A stretch of DNA of 32,000 nucleotides from Candidatus Saccharimonadota bacterium (GCA_016699145.1 CP064962.1:1260001-1292000); one strand, 5' to 3'. Positions 8,796-17,899 are shown, numbered from the stretch's first letter. A program made the numbers and translations. The notes: generated by a model from the letters alone, not told the origin.

Positions 8796-9252
8796 AATTG
8801 GAAAATTTTACCACGCACAAAACGGTGCGACCGAGCATCACACCTTGAATTATTCAGCGGAAGAGTTTGCAGATCTGAATTTAAAAGGAGGCGTGGAAGT
8901 GGACGCCAGTTTGATCCGTGTAGAAGAAGGAATCATGCTGCTCATCCAGGGGGTAAAAGCCACACAAATCACCCCATGTGCTCAATGTGGAAAATCTTTG
9001 GAAATTCCTTATGAAATGGACTCTTCGGAATGGCTGTTTTATGAATCCAAGCCTTTGATTTACGACGACGAAAACGAAAGTCTTTTCTTTGACAAGCAAG
9101 CCATGGAACTCGATCCCACTGAGCCTGTTCGTCAAGAACTCATCTTGAATGAAAAGATCTTGGCACGCTGCCCCAAAGCTTGTAAGAAATTCAAAGAAGC
9201 CCCGGAACAAGCCCCCAAAGCCCTGGCGGGCCTCAAAGATTTGATCCAGTAA
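8686..9252 (+). CDS. yceD: YceD/DUF177-family protein (the usual partner upstream of rpmF); start codon uncertain
   Basis: It carries a CxxC...CPxxC pattern (PCAQCGKSL ... ARCPKACKKF) and sits directly upstream of L32. The first 35 codons of the tracked ORF overlap the BI-1 gene out of frame. Family-like sequence begins at IKIGKFY (8791). Confidence 0.6.
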   Translation: MTIPRMSTSMQPSLSTSTFSTFLFTFFASRVPSHAIKIGKFYHAQNGATEHHTLNYSAEEFADLNLKGGVEVDASLIRVEEGIMLLIQGVKATQITPCAQCGKSLEIPYEMDSSEWLFYESKPLIYDDENESLFFDKQAMELDPTEPVRQELILNEKILARCPKACKKFKEAPEQAPKALAGLKDLIQ

Positions 9253-9284
9253 ATGGCCCTTCGTTTCCTGGAGAAGAAAAACAC

Positions 9285-9312
9285 TTGCAATCTCATTAGA
9301 ATCCTCTAAAAT
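9285..9312 (+). promoter_or_regulatory. sigma70-like promoter upstream of rpmF
   Basis: The layout is TTGCAA (9285-9290)-N16-TAAAAT (9307-9312). Confidence 0.4.
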
Positions 9313-9353
9313 GCGTTGGCAACGGGTTAGCAAACCCTCCTTAACTTGAGTCT

Positions 9354-9551
9354 ATGGCAAAACATCCAGTACCCAAACAGAAACAGTCCAAAGGACGTTC
9401 CAGTCGACGTTACAAGACTTTTGTGAACAAGGCTCAAAAGAAGCTGATGGGAATGGTACAGGGCAACCGAAACGCTGCTGTTAAGGCTGAAAAGTTGGCA
9501 AAAACCCAAAAGAAGAGCAGCGCAAAAGTCACCACCATCAAGGCCGACTAA
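9354..9551 (+). CDS. rpmF: 50S ribosomal protein L32
   Basis: The N-terminus MAKHPVPKQKQSKGRSSRR matches the L32 signature (AVPKxKxSKxRxxxRR). The size and the position after yceD also fit. Confidence 0.85.
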   Translation: MAKHPVPKQKQSKGRSSRRYKTFVNKAQKKLMGMVQGNRNAAVKAEKLAKTQKKSSAKVTTIKAD

Positions 9552-9583
9552 AGGCTATGTCGTTCATTTAAATTTCTTTCTTC

Positions 9584-10014
9584 ATGGCTTCTCAGCGCCA
9601 TATTCTCCGCAGCATCGTCGTACAGACCGTGTTCGCATGGGAGTTTCACGGTGGAGAGCCCGAAGTCATTTTGGCATACAACTTGGTGAATGGAGCCAAA
9701 GGAATCGAAGACCAAAGCTTCGCCCTGCCGCTTCTTCAAAAGTGCTGCAAAATCAAGCTCAGTTGAAGAAAGCCATTCAAAAATATGCGCCCGAATGGCC
9801 TTGGGAAAAGATTGCGGCCGTGGATCGCGCCATCCTTGAAGTCTCTGTGACAGAATTGCTCTTTGATCCATCAGTGCCTCCCGTAGTGGCCATAAACGAA
9901 GGCATTGAGCTGGCCAAAGAATTTGGAAACGAAAGCTCTTCAAAATTTATTAACGGCGTATTAAGCTCTCTGTATGAAAGCATCAAAAAATCTGAACATG
10001 GCTCCAAAAATTAA
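9584..10014 (+). pseudogene. nusB: transcription antitermination factor NusB, reading frame broken at the A-run 9733-9736
   Basis: ORF 9584-9766 gives MASQRHILRSIVVQTVFAWEF...FALPLLQK. ORF 9637-10014, in the -1 frame, gives VLQNQAQLKKAIQKYAPEWPWEKIAAVDRAILEVSVTELLF...VAINEGIELAKEFG...FINGVLSS. Adding one A to CAAAAG restores a single NusB of normal length. Confidence 0.75.
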
Positions 10015-10699
10015 GAATTTAGACAAACTCCAAGATTTTATTGGAGTGCATTTCCAAAACGAAGATTTGCTGAGTTTGGCGTTTGTGCACAAATCCTACG
10101 TGAACGAACACCCCGACACCAAGGGTTACAATGAACGCCTCGAATTCCTTGGGGACGCAGTTTTGGAGCTCGCCGTCACGGATTTTTTATATCATAATTA
10201 CCCCGAACAACCTGAAGGGCAACTCACCAATTGGCGCAGTGCGCTCGTGAAAGGTAAAAATCTCGCTCGTGTTTCAAGCTCACTCAAACTTGGGGACTAC
10301 CTCTTGCTCAGCCGTGGGGAAGAGCTTTCAGGCGGACGTGAAAAAGACTACATTTTGGCCAACACTATGGAAGCGCTGATTGGAGCCATTTATTTGGACA
10401 AAGGTTTTGAAGTCACCAACCAATTTATTTTGCGCAACATTGTCGTTTTGCTGGATGAAATCATTGCTCAAGGACTCAACATCGATTCCAAATCTCACGT
10501 ACAAGAACTGGCTCAGGAACGCCTGGGCATCACTCCCAGTTATGAATTGCTCAGCGAATCCGGTCCCGACCACGACAAAGTTTTTGAAATGGGCATCTAC
10601 TTAGGCGAAACTTTAGCTGGAAAAGGGGAAGGCCCCTCCAAACAAGAAGCCGAACAGGCCGCCGCCCGCGACGCACTCAAACAAAAAGGGTGGGCTTAG
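9974..10699 (+). CDS. rnc: ribonuclease III
   Basis: It carries the RNase III signature ERLEFLGDAVLELAVTDFLY and a C-terminal dsRBD (GPDHDKVFEMGIYLGE...GEGPSKQEAEQAAA). An alternative start at ATG 9998 would shorten the overlap with nusB. Confidence 0.9.
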   Translation: MKASKNLNMAPKIKNLDKLQDFIGVHFQNEDLLSLAFVHKSYVNEHPDTKGYNERLEFLGDAVLELAVTDFLYHNYPEQPEGQLTNWRSALVKGKNLARVSSSLKLGDYLLLSRGEELSGGREKDYILANTMEALIGAIYLDKGFEVTNQFILRNIVVLLDEIIAQGLNIDSKSHVQELAQERLGITPSYELLSESGPDHDKVFEMGIYLGETLAGKGEGPSKQEAEQAAARDALKQKGWA

Positions 10700-10854
10700 A
10701 TATAGGGTGAGGAGGAAGGCTTGAGCTTGCGTAGCTTTTTTAAGATGGGTCTCGTAGGCCCCGACTTAAAAAAAGCGAGCCATCGCGAAAGTCTGACAAC
10801 GAACAACGATAGTTAGGAAAGGAGAGCACACGAGAGGCGAAGTGCTCCGTGGGT

Positions 10855-10872
10855 AAAAACCATTTGGTTTTT
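10855..10872. terminator. weak AT-rich hairpin between the convergent rnc and methyltransferase genes
   Basis: AAAAACC (10855-10861) pairs with GGTTTTT (10866-10872), flanked by A and T runs on both strands. The stem is short and weak. Confidence 0.25.
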
Positions 10873-10885
10873 CTTTCGTGATTAT

Positions 10886-12379
10886 TTAAGCCATCTTTGG
10901 CACCAACAATTCTGTGCGTTTAGAGCCGATTTTAAGGAGCCCAATGGGGAAGCGGAGCTTTTCCTGTTCATACACGGCTAAGTACATTCCCTTGTCCAAA
11001 TCTTCAAAAGAAACCGTTTGATTTTTCATGGAAGCTTCCAATTGTTCCTTAGTCAATGCTACCAGGTGCTTATTGGCAATGAGGCCCAAAGCAACAGCGC
11101 CTTCATGACTCGGTTTCATATCTTGCTCGGCGTCGGAGCGATCCTTCCCATAAGTTTTAAGTACAGGCAAGCTCAAAGAAAAACCTGGAGGTGGAGCAAA
11201 TGCAGTGAGACTGTTACTGATCAAATACAGGTGGTGTTCCAGCGGAACCCAATCGAATTGTTGACGGAGTGTTTGAGAAGAAATTCCAAATTGGTCTTCT
11301 AAAAAGTGATCGTAGTGAGCACGTTCATGCGCTTTAAGCACTTTGAGTTCGGGCTTTTTGGGGTGAGGGATATTTTTCTTAAAAGGTTTTTTCTCACGTC
11401 GGTTCCATCGCCCTTCTTTAGCATTGGGGACGGAAAAATGTTGAGGAGCAGTTTTAGTGAGTGCAATACAAAAGAAGCCCTTGGTATGGGTTTTATGTGG
11501 CCAAAAGCGTATCCCTTTAAGGCCGGCAATTTGTTCCGGGATCTTAATTTTTCGCGCCTTCAACTCTTTTAACACACTTTCATCGATCTTGGCCTCTGGT
11601 GTTTTTTCTAAAAAATCTTCCACCACGCCATCATTTTCAACAGTATTGAGCGTGCAAGTCGAGTAGAGGAGCCGCCCACCAGGTTTGAGCATGCGAAACG
11701 CATCACGAAGAAGACCAAACTGAAGGCCAGAAAAATGCTTCAACGCTTTTTTATTCCAATATTCCGGCTGACCCTCGCTCGTCACAAAAAGACCCTCACC
11801 GCTACACGACGGATCAAGCAAAATACGATCAAAGCTTTCAGGATAAACTTCGGCCAAACGTCCCGGAGTCAAACGAGTCACATAAGCATTGCTGATGCCC
11901 AACCGACTCAAATTCGACTGCAAGGCCTTGATGCGCCGTGTGTCTAAATCATTGGCCACAAGTACTCCCGCATTGCCGAGTCGCTGCGCAATGTGGGTGC
12001 TTTTCCCACCTGGAGCTGCAGTCAAATCCAAAACGACTTCATCGGGTTGAGGATTCAAAACTTCCACCGCAAACATGGATGCGGCATCTTGCGGATAGGT
12101 GAAACCGGCGTGGTAGGGAAGTTTAAGGGCCCATTCTTGTCCGCTGCCTTTCAGCTCAAGCCCCTCGTTGGAATACGGAGAGTCGTTGACCGCATAGCCC
12201 TGAGATTCAAACCATTTTCTGAGCGTGTTTTTTGAAATGCGGAGCGTGTTCACTCGAATGCTTCGTGCGCTTTCTTCTTTTTTTTCACTGCGACCCACTT
12301 CAATCGAACTAAAAAATTGTTCAGCTTCCTCAGTTCCAAGCAGCTCCCGATAATAATCTTTAAAAAGATCTTTAAGCAT
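10886..12379 (-). CDS. rRNA cytosine-C5 methyltransferase, NOL1/NOP2/Sun (RsmB/RsmF) family
   Basis: The motifs are SAM-binding VLDLTAAPGGKSTHIA, catalytic ILLDPSCSGEG and LLYSTCTL. The long C-terminal extension resembles RsmF/YebU. Confidence 0.8.
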   Translation of the reverse strand: MLKDLFKDYYRELLGTEEAEQFFSSIEVGRSEKKEESARSIRVNTLRISKNTLRKWFESQGYAVNDSPYSNEGLELKGSGQEWALKLPYHAGFTYPQDAASMFAVEVLNPQPDEVVLDLTAAPGGKSTHIAQRLGNAGVLVANDLDTRRIKALQSNLSRLGISNAYVTRLTPGRLAEVYPESFDRILLDPSCSGEGLFVTSEGQPEYWNKKALKHFSGLQFGLLRDAFRMLKPGGRLLYSTCTLNTVENDGVVEDFLEKTPEAKIDESVLKELKARKIKIPEQIAGLKGIRFWPHKTHTKGFFCIALTKTAPQHFSVPNAKEGRWNRREKKPFKKNIPHPKKPELKVLKAHERAHYDHFLEDQFGISSQTLRQQFDWVPLEHHLYLISNSLTAFAPPPGFSLSLPVLKTYGKDRSDAEQDMKPSHEGAVALGLIANKHLVALTKEQLEASMKNQTVSFEDLDKGMYLAVYEQEKLRFPIGLLKIGSKRTELLVPKMA

Positions 12380-12456
12380 GGCGACAGTCTAGAGGCCCTC
12401 CTAAAAAAAGGCCAGAGTGCTTCCTCTTTTTTTGAAACAGCAGTAAGATCAGTGCC

Positions 12457-13269
12457 ATGCAGAAACCCAAAAAACGATCATACTTACGACGTCTCTACGG
12501 AATACTGCACTATACGATCAAACGAAAATGGCAGTGGCATTGTTCAGGCATTTCTTTCGCTGCCCGACAGGAAAAGCACCTTTTGCCAGAACTGATTTTC
12601 AAACATCAAACTCCACTCCGGCGTCCTTTGAAGGGAGTGGATATTTCCATGCAAGAAAATAAGATTACAAATCTAAAAATCGCTCTTAAAAACTTGGATG
12701 GTCTTGTTCTAGAACCCGGTCAACGCTTTTCTTACTGGCGGCAAATTGGAAATCCCACTCGTAAAAAAGGTTATGTAAAGGGAATGCTGCTGCACAATGG
12801 AACCGTTCGCTCCGGAATAGGGGGAGGCCTCTGCCAACTCTCCAATCTTCTCTATTGGATGACGCTGCACACCCCTTTGACGGTGCTGGAACGTTGGCGC
12901 CACAGCTACGATGTCTTCCCCGATGTTCAGCGTAAGCAACCTTTTGGCAGTGGAGCAACCTGTGCGTATCCGAATATTGATCTTCAAATTGGAAACCCAA
13001 CCAAGGAGTGCTTTCAATTGCATTTAACCCTCACCGAAACTCATCTCGTGGGGGAATGGCGCAGTGAAAAAGCTCTCAATGAAGAGTATGAAGTTTTTGA
13101 AAAAGATCACAAAATAGACCATGAATGGTGGGGAGGCTACGTGCGTCGCAACAGCATTTATAGAAAGGTCTTTGACAAAGCCTCTCATGAAGAAAAAGGA
13201 GAGGAATTCATCACTTCGAACGAGGCTTTAATGATGTACAATCCTTTGCTAGAGGGTTCATCCTCTTAA
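12457..13269 (+). CDS. VanW-family protein
   Basis: It carries a GGGLCQLSNLLYW motif and surrounding sequence (YVKGMLLHNGTV..GIGGGLCQ) typical of the VanW domain. Confidence 0.7.
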   Translation: MQKPKKRSYLRRLYGILHYTIKRKWQWHCSGISFAARQEKHLLPELIFKHQTPLRRPLKGVDISMQENKITNLKIALKNLDGLVLEPGQRFSYWRQIGNPTRKKGYVKGMLLHNGTVRSGIGGGLCQLSNLLYWMTLHTPLTVLERWRHSYDVFPDVQRKQPFGSGATCAYPNIDLQIGNPTKECFQLHLTLTETHLVGEWRSEKALNEEYEVFEKDHKIDHEWWGGYVRRNSIYRKVFDKASHEEKGEEFITSNEALMMYNPLLEGSSS

Positions 13270-13276
13270 ATTCCAA

Positions 13277-13642
13277 TCAAAGATCAATCAAAGCATTGTG
13301 CAGAGTCTCCAGGCTAAGGGTCAAACACTTCACACGCGCCGGCCCCAGATTATCAATGCCCAACCATTCGTACAAATCCTGCTTCGTCAGCTCTTTTGAA
13401 TCTGTCCATTTTTTGCCTTTGATTTCTTCAGTCAAAACCGAGGCAGTCGCAATACTGATCGCGCAGCCATCTCCTTCCCACGATGCATCCATCACTTTCC
13501 TGTCCTCCATTTTTAAATACAAACGCACGTGATCGCCACAGGTCGTGTTGACGCCACTGCTCGTCAGAGTGGCAGCTTCCATTTCTCCACGATTCAGCGG
13601 ATTCTTTGCAAGATCGATGATTTGTTCTGCATACAAGTCCAT
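13277..13642 (-). CDS. sufU: SUF-system Fe-S scaffold / sulfur acceptor SufU (NifU/IscU-like)
   Basis: Conserved Cys residues lie in NTTCGDHV, GDGCAIS and RVKC. It is the last gene of the suf cluster. Confidence 0.8.
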   Translation of the reverse strand: MDLYAEQIIDLAKNPLNRGEMEAATLTSSGVNTTCGDHVRLYLKMEDRKVMDASWEGDGCAISIATASVLTEEIKGKKWTDSKELTKQDLYEWLGIDNLGPARVKCLTLSLETLHNALIDL

Positions 13643-13674
13643 GGCCTCAGTCTAGCAGAAAAAGAAGGGTTGCC

Positions 13675-14889
13675 TCAAATTAGCTTAAAAACCTTCGCTA
13701 CCTTTTTAAGCCCTTTCACTAAAGCCTCTACGTCTTTTGTCGTATTGTAAATTCCAAAACTCACTCGTACGGTGGAAACCACACACAGCGTTTTCATCAG
13801 CGGCATGGTGCAGTGGTGACCGGCTCGCACACAAATATTTTCTTCCCCTAAAATGGCAGCAACGTCGTGAGGATGCACACCCTTCATGGTGAAGGAAATA
13901 GAGCCGCGGTGTTGGTCAAAACTTTTAGGGCCATAAACAGTGATGTAGGGCAGTTCGTTGAGTTTTTTGAAACTATATTCTTGCATTTCACGATCATGTT
14001 TCATGAGTGTATTTTTACCAAGCTTCATCATGAATTCCATGGCAGCTCCCATGCCCAAAACTTGGGCCACGCTCGGCGTGCCGGCTTCAAATTTCCAAGG
14101 TAAATCGTTCCATGTGGAAAATTCTTCATGCACTTCCCGAATCATGTCTCCGCCGCCGAGCCATGGGTCCATCTCTTCCAAAATTTCCCGCTTGGCGTAG
14201 AGCACACCAGCTCCGGTGGGTCCATAAATTTTATGGCTGGAAAAAACCAAAAAATCCACATCTAATTTTTGTACATCAATGGGGAAATGAGCAACGAGTT
14301 GAGCCGCATCCACACAAAATTTAGCGCCCACTTTTCGAGCAAGGCGCCCCACAATAGACAAATCATGCACGGTTCCAAGCGTGTTGGAAAGTCCTGTGAT
14401 GCTGATGATTTTAGTTTTCTTGCTCACGAGTTTTTCAAGAGCTTTGTAGTCCAAAGCACCTGTTGAAAGAATAGGACAGAACTTCAATTTTGCACCCACT
14501 TCCTTCGCAATCATCTGCCAAGGTACCAGGTTGGAATGATGCTCCAAAATGCTCAAAACAATTTCATCACCTTTCTTTAAAAACTTTCGTCCCCAACACA
14601 GCGCTACAATGTTCAAAGCCTCCGTAGTGCCGCGTGTGAAAATAACTTCTCCATTTTTCCCCACGTTCAAAAATCTTCGGGCAATGCTACGCACATTTTC
14701 GTAACGGGTCGTGGCTTCTTCCGCCAAGGGATAGAGTCCTCGATGTACGTTCGCATTGTATTCCAAGTAATATTCCTGCTCAGCAAGCAGTGAATCATCC
14801 AGACGTTGCGTGGTGGAGGCACTGTCTAAATACACCAAACGTGGATGATTTTGAAAAATAGGGAAACGCTTTTTTATTTCGATAGACAT
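13675..14889 (-). CDS. sufS: cysteine desulfurase SufS (class V aminotransferase)
   Basis: The PLP-Lys motif is FSSHKIYGPTGAGVLY and the catalytic Cys loop is RAGHHCTMPL. Confidence 0.9.
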   Translation of the reverse strand: MSIEIKKRFPIFQNHPRLVYLDSASTTQRLDDSLLAEQEYYLEYNANVHRGLYPLAEEATTRYENVRSIARRFLNVGKNGEVIFTRGTTEALNIVALCWGRKFLKKGDEIVLSILEHHSNLVPWQMIAKEVGAKLKFCPILSTGALDYKALEKLVSKKTKIISITGLSNTLGTVHDLSIVGRLARKVGAKFCVDAAQLVAHFPIDVQKLDVDFLVFSSHKIYGPTGAGVLYAKREILEEMDPWLGGGDMIREVHEEFSTWNDLPWKFEAGTPSVAQVLGMGAAMEFMMKLGKNTLMKHDREMQEYSFKKLNELPYITVYGPKSFDQHRGSISFTMKGVHPHDVAAILGEENICVRAGHHCTMPLMKTLCVVSTVRVSFGIYNTTKDVEALVKGLKKVAKVFKLI

Positions 14890-15635
14890 TTGAGTATATC
14901 TTTAAAGATTCGTTCCGAAAAAGCAAGGTTGGGGCATTTCTGCAAAGCGTCCCAAAAAAATCCTTCCACCAAAAGTTCTAGACCCTCTTTGAAACTGAGT
15001 CCACGGCTTTGCAAGTAAAATAATTTTTCTTCATCTACTTTTTCAAGCGTGGCGGAGTGAGAAGCCTGCACTTCATTGTGCTGAATTTCAAGCCCCGGCA
15101 CTGCCTCAATTTTAGAGCCCTTGCTGAGCAACAAATTGTGCTCTTCAAGCGTGGCATCTGCGCCGCTGCAACCTGGCTCCATTCGAATGTTTCCAAAAAA
15201 ATGACCATAGGCGCTATCTTTCACCGCACCGCGAGAAATCATGCGGGATCGAGTGTTTTTCCCACGATGAACATGGTCCACACGCAGGTTTTGTGTATCG
15301 CTATTTTGGCCAAAGAAAATCGTCTGACTCATGGCACTGCTTTCATTCCCTTCCAAAATAATTTCGGTTCTATCTTCACTCTCACCAAGTACGTGATGAA
15401 AGTATTCAAGACGAGCACTTTCTTGAAGGGTAAAGTTTTTTTGATCGCGGGAAGGGGAACAGCTCATCCAACGGAGCAAAGCGCCAGGTTTTATGTCTAC
15501 TGAAATAGTTCTTTGGGCTTGTGCCCGGGCACAGAATTCCTCTACCCAAACTTCAGCGCCTTCATCCACCACTAAGTGGATTTTTCCATCAGAGGGAATT
15601 TGAAAAATGTCGTGATTTTTGAGAATTTTTTCCAT
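14874..15635 (-). CDS. sufD: Fe-S cluster assembly protein SufD (short form)
   Basis: It has the SufB/D C-terminal beta-helix signature (PGLEIQHNEVQASHSATLEKVDEEKLFYLQSRGL). It lies between sufB and sufS. Confidence 0.75.
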   Translation of the reverse strand: MEKILKNHDIFQIPSDGKIHLVVDEGAEVWVEEFCARAQAQRTISVDIKPGALLRWMSCSPSRDQKNFTLQESARLEYFHHVLGESEDRTEIILEGNESSAMSQTIFFGQNSDTQNLRVDHVHRGKNTRSRMISRGAVKDSAYGHFFGNIRMEPGCSGADATLEEHNLLLSKGSKIEAVPGLEIQHNEVQASHSATLEKVDEEKLFYLQSRGLSFKEGLELLVEGFFWDALQKCPNLAFSERIFKDILKCLSK

Positions 15636-15638
15636 AAA

Positions 15639-17048
15639 TTAAGCAATAGCTTTTTCCATTTCCATTTCAATGAGACGGTTCATTTCCACGGCATATTCGA
15701 GCGGCAATTCTTTCACAATGGGATCTATGAAACCATTCACAATCATCGCGAGCGCTTCATCTTCGCTGAGCCCGCGACTTTGCAAATAAAAAAGTTGTTC
15801 CTCGCTGATTTTTCCAGTGCTCGCTTCATGACCAATCGACACGTCATCTTCATTAATACGCATGACGGGATAAGTGTCGCTGATGGATTTTTCATCTAAA
15901 ATCAAACTGTCGCAACGCACTTGAGATTTGGTTCCGGTGGCCCCTTTGTTGACCTGCAAAAGTCCACGGTACACGTTGCGTCCACCCCCTTTAGAAATGC
16001 TTTTGGTCAGCACCGTGGAGCTGGTATCTGGAGCAATATGAATGACTTTCGCTCCGGTGTCTTGCACCTGCCCAGCATTCGCAAAGGCAACTCCCAAGTG
16101 GTCAGCTCGTGAGCCACGTCCTTTCAAAATGGAGCAAGGGTAAAGCATGGTTCGTCCGCTGCCCAAATTGCCACCCACCCATTCCATGATTCCATCTTCA
16201 TCCACCACCGCGCGTTTGGTGTTCAAATTGTAAGTGTCTTGGGACCAATTTTCCACGCTGGAATAGCGGAATTTTGCACCCGCCTTCACAAAAATTTCCA
16301 CACAGCCGGCATGTAGGGAAGTGCTGCCATATTTCGGCGCACTGCACCCTTCAATGTAATGTCCTTCAGCGCCTTCTTCAATGATGATGAGCGTGTGCTC
16401 GAACTGCCCCATGCTTTTGGCATTCATGCGAAAATAAGCCTGCAGCGGCGCCGTCACTTTCACGCCTTTTGGAATGTATAAAAAAGTTCCTCCACTCCAC
16501 ACCGCACCGTGCAGCGCCGCAAATTTGTGATCGTGAGACGGAACGAGTTTCATAAAATACTGCTTCACCAAATCGGGATATTTTTGCAGCGCAATGTCCA
16601 TGTCCTCAAAAATCACGCCCAGTTTTTCCCATTCCTCTTTCAATTTGTGATAGGCATTCACGCTGTCATATTGTGCCCCCGTTCCCGCCAATACTTTCCG
16701 CTCCGCTTCCGGAATTCCAAGCCGTTCAAAAGTTTTTTTAATATCATCCGGAACATCTTCCCATTTCGTCGCGTAACCTTTCATGTCGTTGGGCGCCGCA
16801 TAATAAATGATCTCATCAAAATTCACGCCCGAAAGGTCCACACCAAACGTCGGCAACTTCAGTTCATGCCATTTTTTAAGTGATTTCAAACGATGTTCCA
16901 GCATCCACGTAGGCTCATTTTTGTCCTTTGAAATACGTCGAATCAGTGCCTCACTCAGGCCCTTTTGAGCATTCTTCGCATAGCCCTGTGCATTGTGACC
17001 ATCAAAGACGCTGCGGTCGAGATCTTGTAAATAATCCAATGCCGTCAT
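15639..17048 (-). CDS. sufB: Fe-S cluster assembly protein SufB
   Basis: 469 aa with the motifs HYIEGCSAP and VSIGHEASTGKISEEQLFYLQSRGLSEDEA. Confidence 0.9.
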   Translation of the reverse strand: MTALDYLQDLDRSVFDGHNAQGYAKNAQKGLSEALIRRISKDKNEPTWMLEHRLKSLKKWHELKLPTFGVDLSGVNFDEIIYYAAPNDMKGYATKWEDVPDDIKKTFERLGIPEAERKVLAGTGAQYDSVNAYHKLKEEWEKLGVIFEDMDIALQKYPDLVKQYFMKLVPSHDHKFAALHGAVWSGGTFLYIPKGVKVTAPLQAYFRMNAKSMGQFEHTLIIIEEGAEGHYIEGCSAPKYGSTSLHAGCVEIFVKAGAKFRYSSVENWSQDTYNLNTKRAVVDEDGIMEWVGGNLGSGRTMLYPCSILKGRGSRADHLGVAFANAGQVQDTGAKVIHIAPDTSSTVLTKSISKGGGRNVYRGLLQVNKGATGTKSQVRCDSLILDEKSISDTYPVMRINEDDVSIGHEASTGKISEEQLFYLQSRGLSEDEALAMIVNGFIDPIVKELPLEYAVEMNRLIEMEMEKAIA

Positions 17049-17830
17049 TTCACAATTTTTAGGGGATTCTTTTCATTAAGAATCTTGCGCACATAATCAT
17101 ACCCTTCTTCTTCGAGTTTTGCAGCCAATTCCTTGCCCCCGCTCAGCACGATTTTCCCATCCATCATGATGTGTACGTGGTCTGGCTTCAAATCCTTGAG
17201 CATGCGTTCATAATGCGTGACCATGAGCAAACTTTGCTCCGGTTTTTTTGCCGATAAAATCGCTTCACAAATCGTTCGCAGCGCATCGATGTCGAGGCCA
17301 CTGTCCGTCTCATCCAATATCGCCAATTTCGGTTCCAATAATGCCATTTGCAGAATTTCTGCCTTCTTTTTTTCACCGCCCGAAAACCCTTCATTCACGT
17401 TTCGATTCATAAAGGCGCGCCCCAAGCCCACCAAGTCCATTTTTTCTTGGAGCAATTTTTTAAAGTTGTAAAGAGGCACCGGCTTAAATTTTTTATTTCG
17501 TGCTTTATTCACGGCATTGTAGGAAGCCCGCAAAAAAGAAACCAAATTCACCCCCGGAATTTCTTTAGGATATTGAAAAGCCAAAAAAAGGCCTGCCGCC
17601 GCTCGTGCACTCGGATCCATTTTCAGAAGGTCCTTGTCATTTAATTTCACTTTTCCTTTTGTCACTTTGTACTTAGGATGCCCCATCAAAGTGGCCGACA
17701 AAGTGCTTTTCCCAGACCCATTCGGTCCCATTATTGCATGCACTTCTCCCGCCTTTATCTGAAGCGAAAGCCCATGCACGATTTCCTTATCCGGCGCCGA
17801 AATGAACAGATTTTGAATGTCGAGAAGCAT
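17045..17830 (-). CDS. sufC: Fe-S cluster assembly ATPase SufC
   Basis: The motifs are Walker A GPNGSGKST, ABC signature FSGGEKKK and Walker B LAILDETDSGLD. Confidence 0.9.
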   Translation of the reverse strand: MLLDIQNLFISAPDKEIVHGLSLQIKAGEVHAIMGPNGSGKSTLSATLMGHPKYKVTKGKVKLNDKDLLKMDPSARAAAGLFLAFQYPKEIPGVNLVSFLRASYNAVNKARNKKFKPVPLYNFKKLLQEKMDLVGLGRAFMNRNVNEGFSGGEKKKAEILQMALLEPKLAILDETDSGLDIDALRTICEAILSAKKPEQSLLMVTHYERMLKDLKPDHVHIMMDGKIVLSGGKELAAKLEEEGYDYVRKILNEKNPLKIVK

Positions 17831-17839
17831 TGTGCCAAC

Positions 17840-17868
17840 AGATTACAGGTTAAAGCCCTAGGAAGCAA
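17840..17868 (-). promoter_or_regulatory. sigma70-like promoter of the suf operon, near-leaderless
   Basis: On the minus strand the layout is TTGCTT (17868-17863)-N17-TAATCT (17845-17840), with TG directly upstream. The sufC ATG (17830) lies 9 nt after the hexamer. Confidence 0.4.
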
Positions 17869-17899
17869 CCATCTTTCCTCTTGAAAAATACAACAGAAC

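Noticed and set aside
10700-10885. A 186-bp gap between the convergent genes, inspected for an RNA gene (SRP, 6S or similar).
   Set aside because: It contains only short local hairpins (GAGCAC...GTGCTC at 10824-10847, GCGA-GCCA-TCGC at about 10781-10792, and the AT-rich stem at 10855-10872). I could find no recognisable conserved RNA motifs or a long nested structure.
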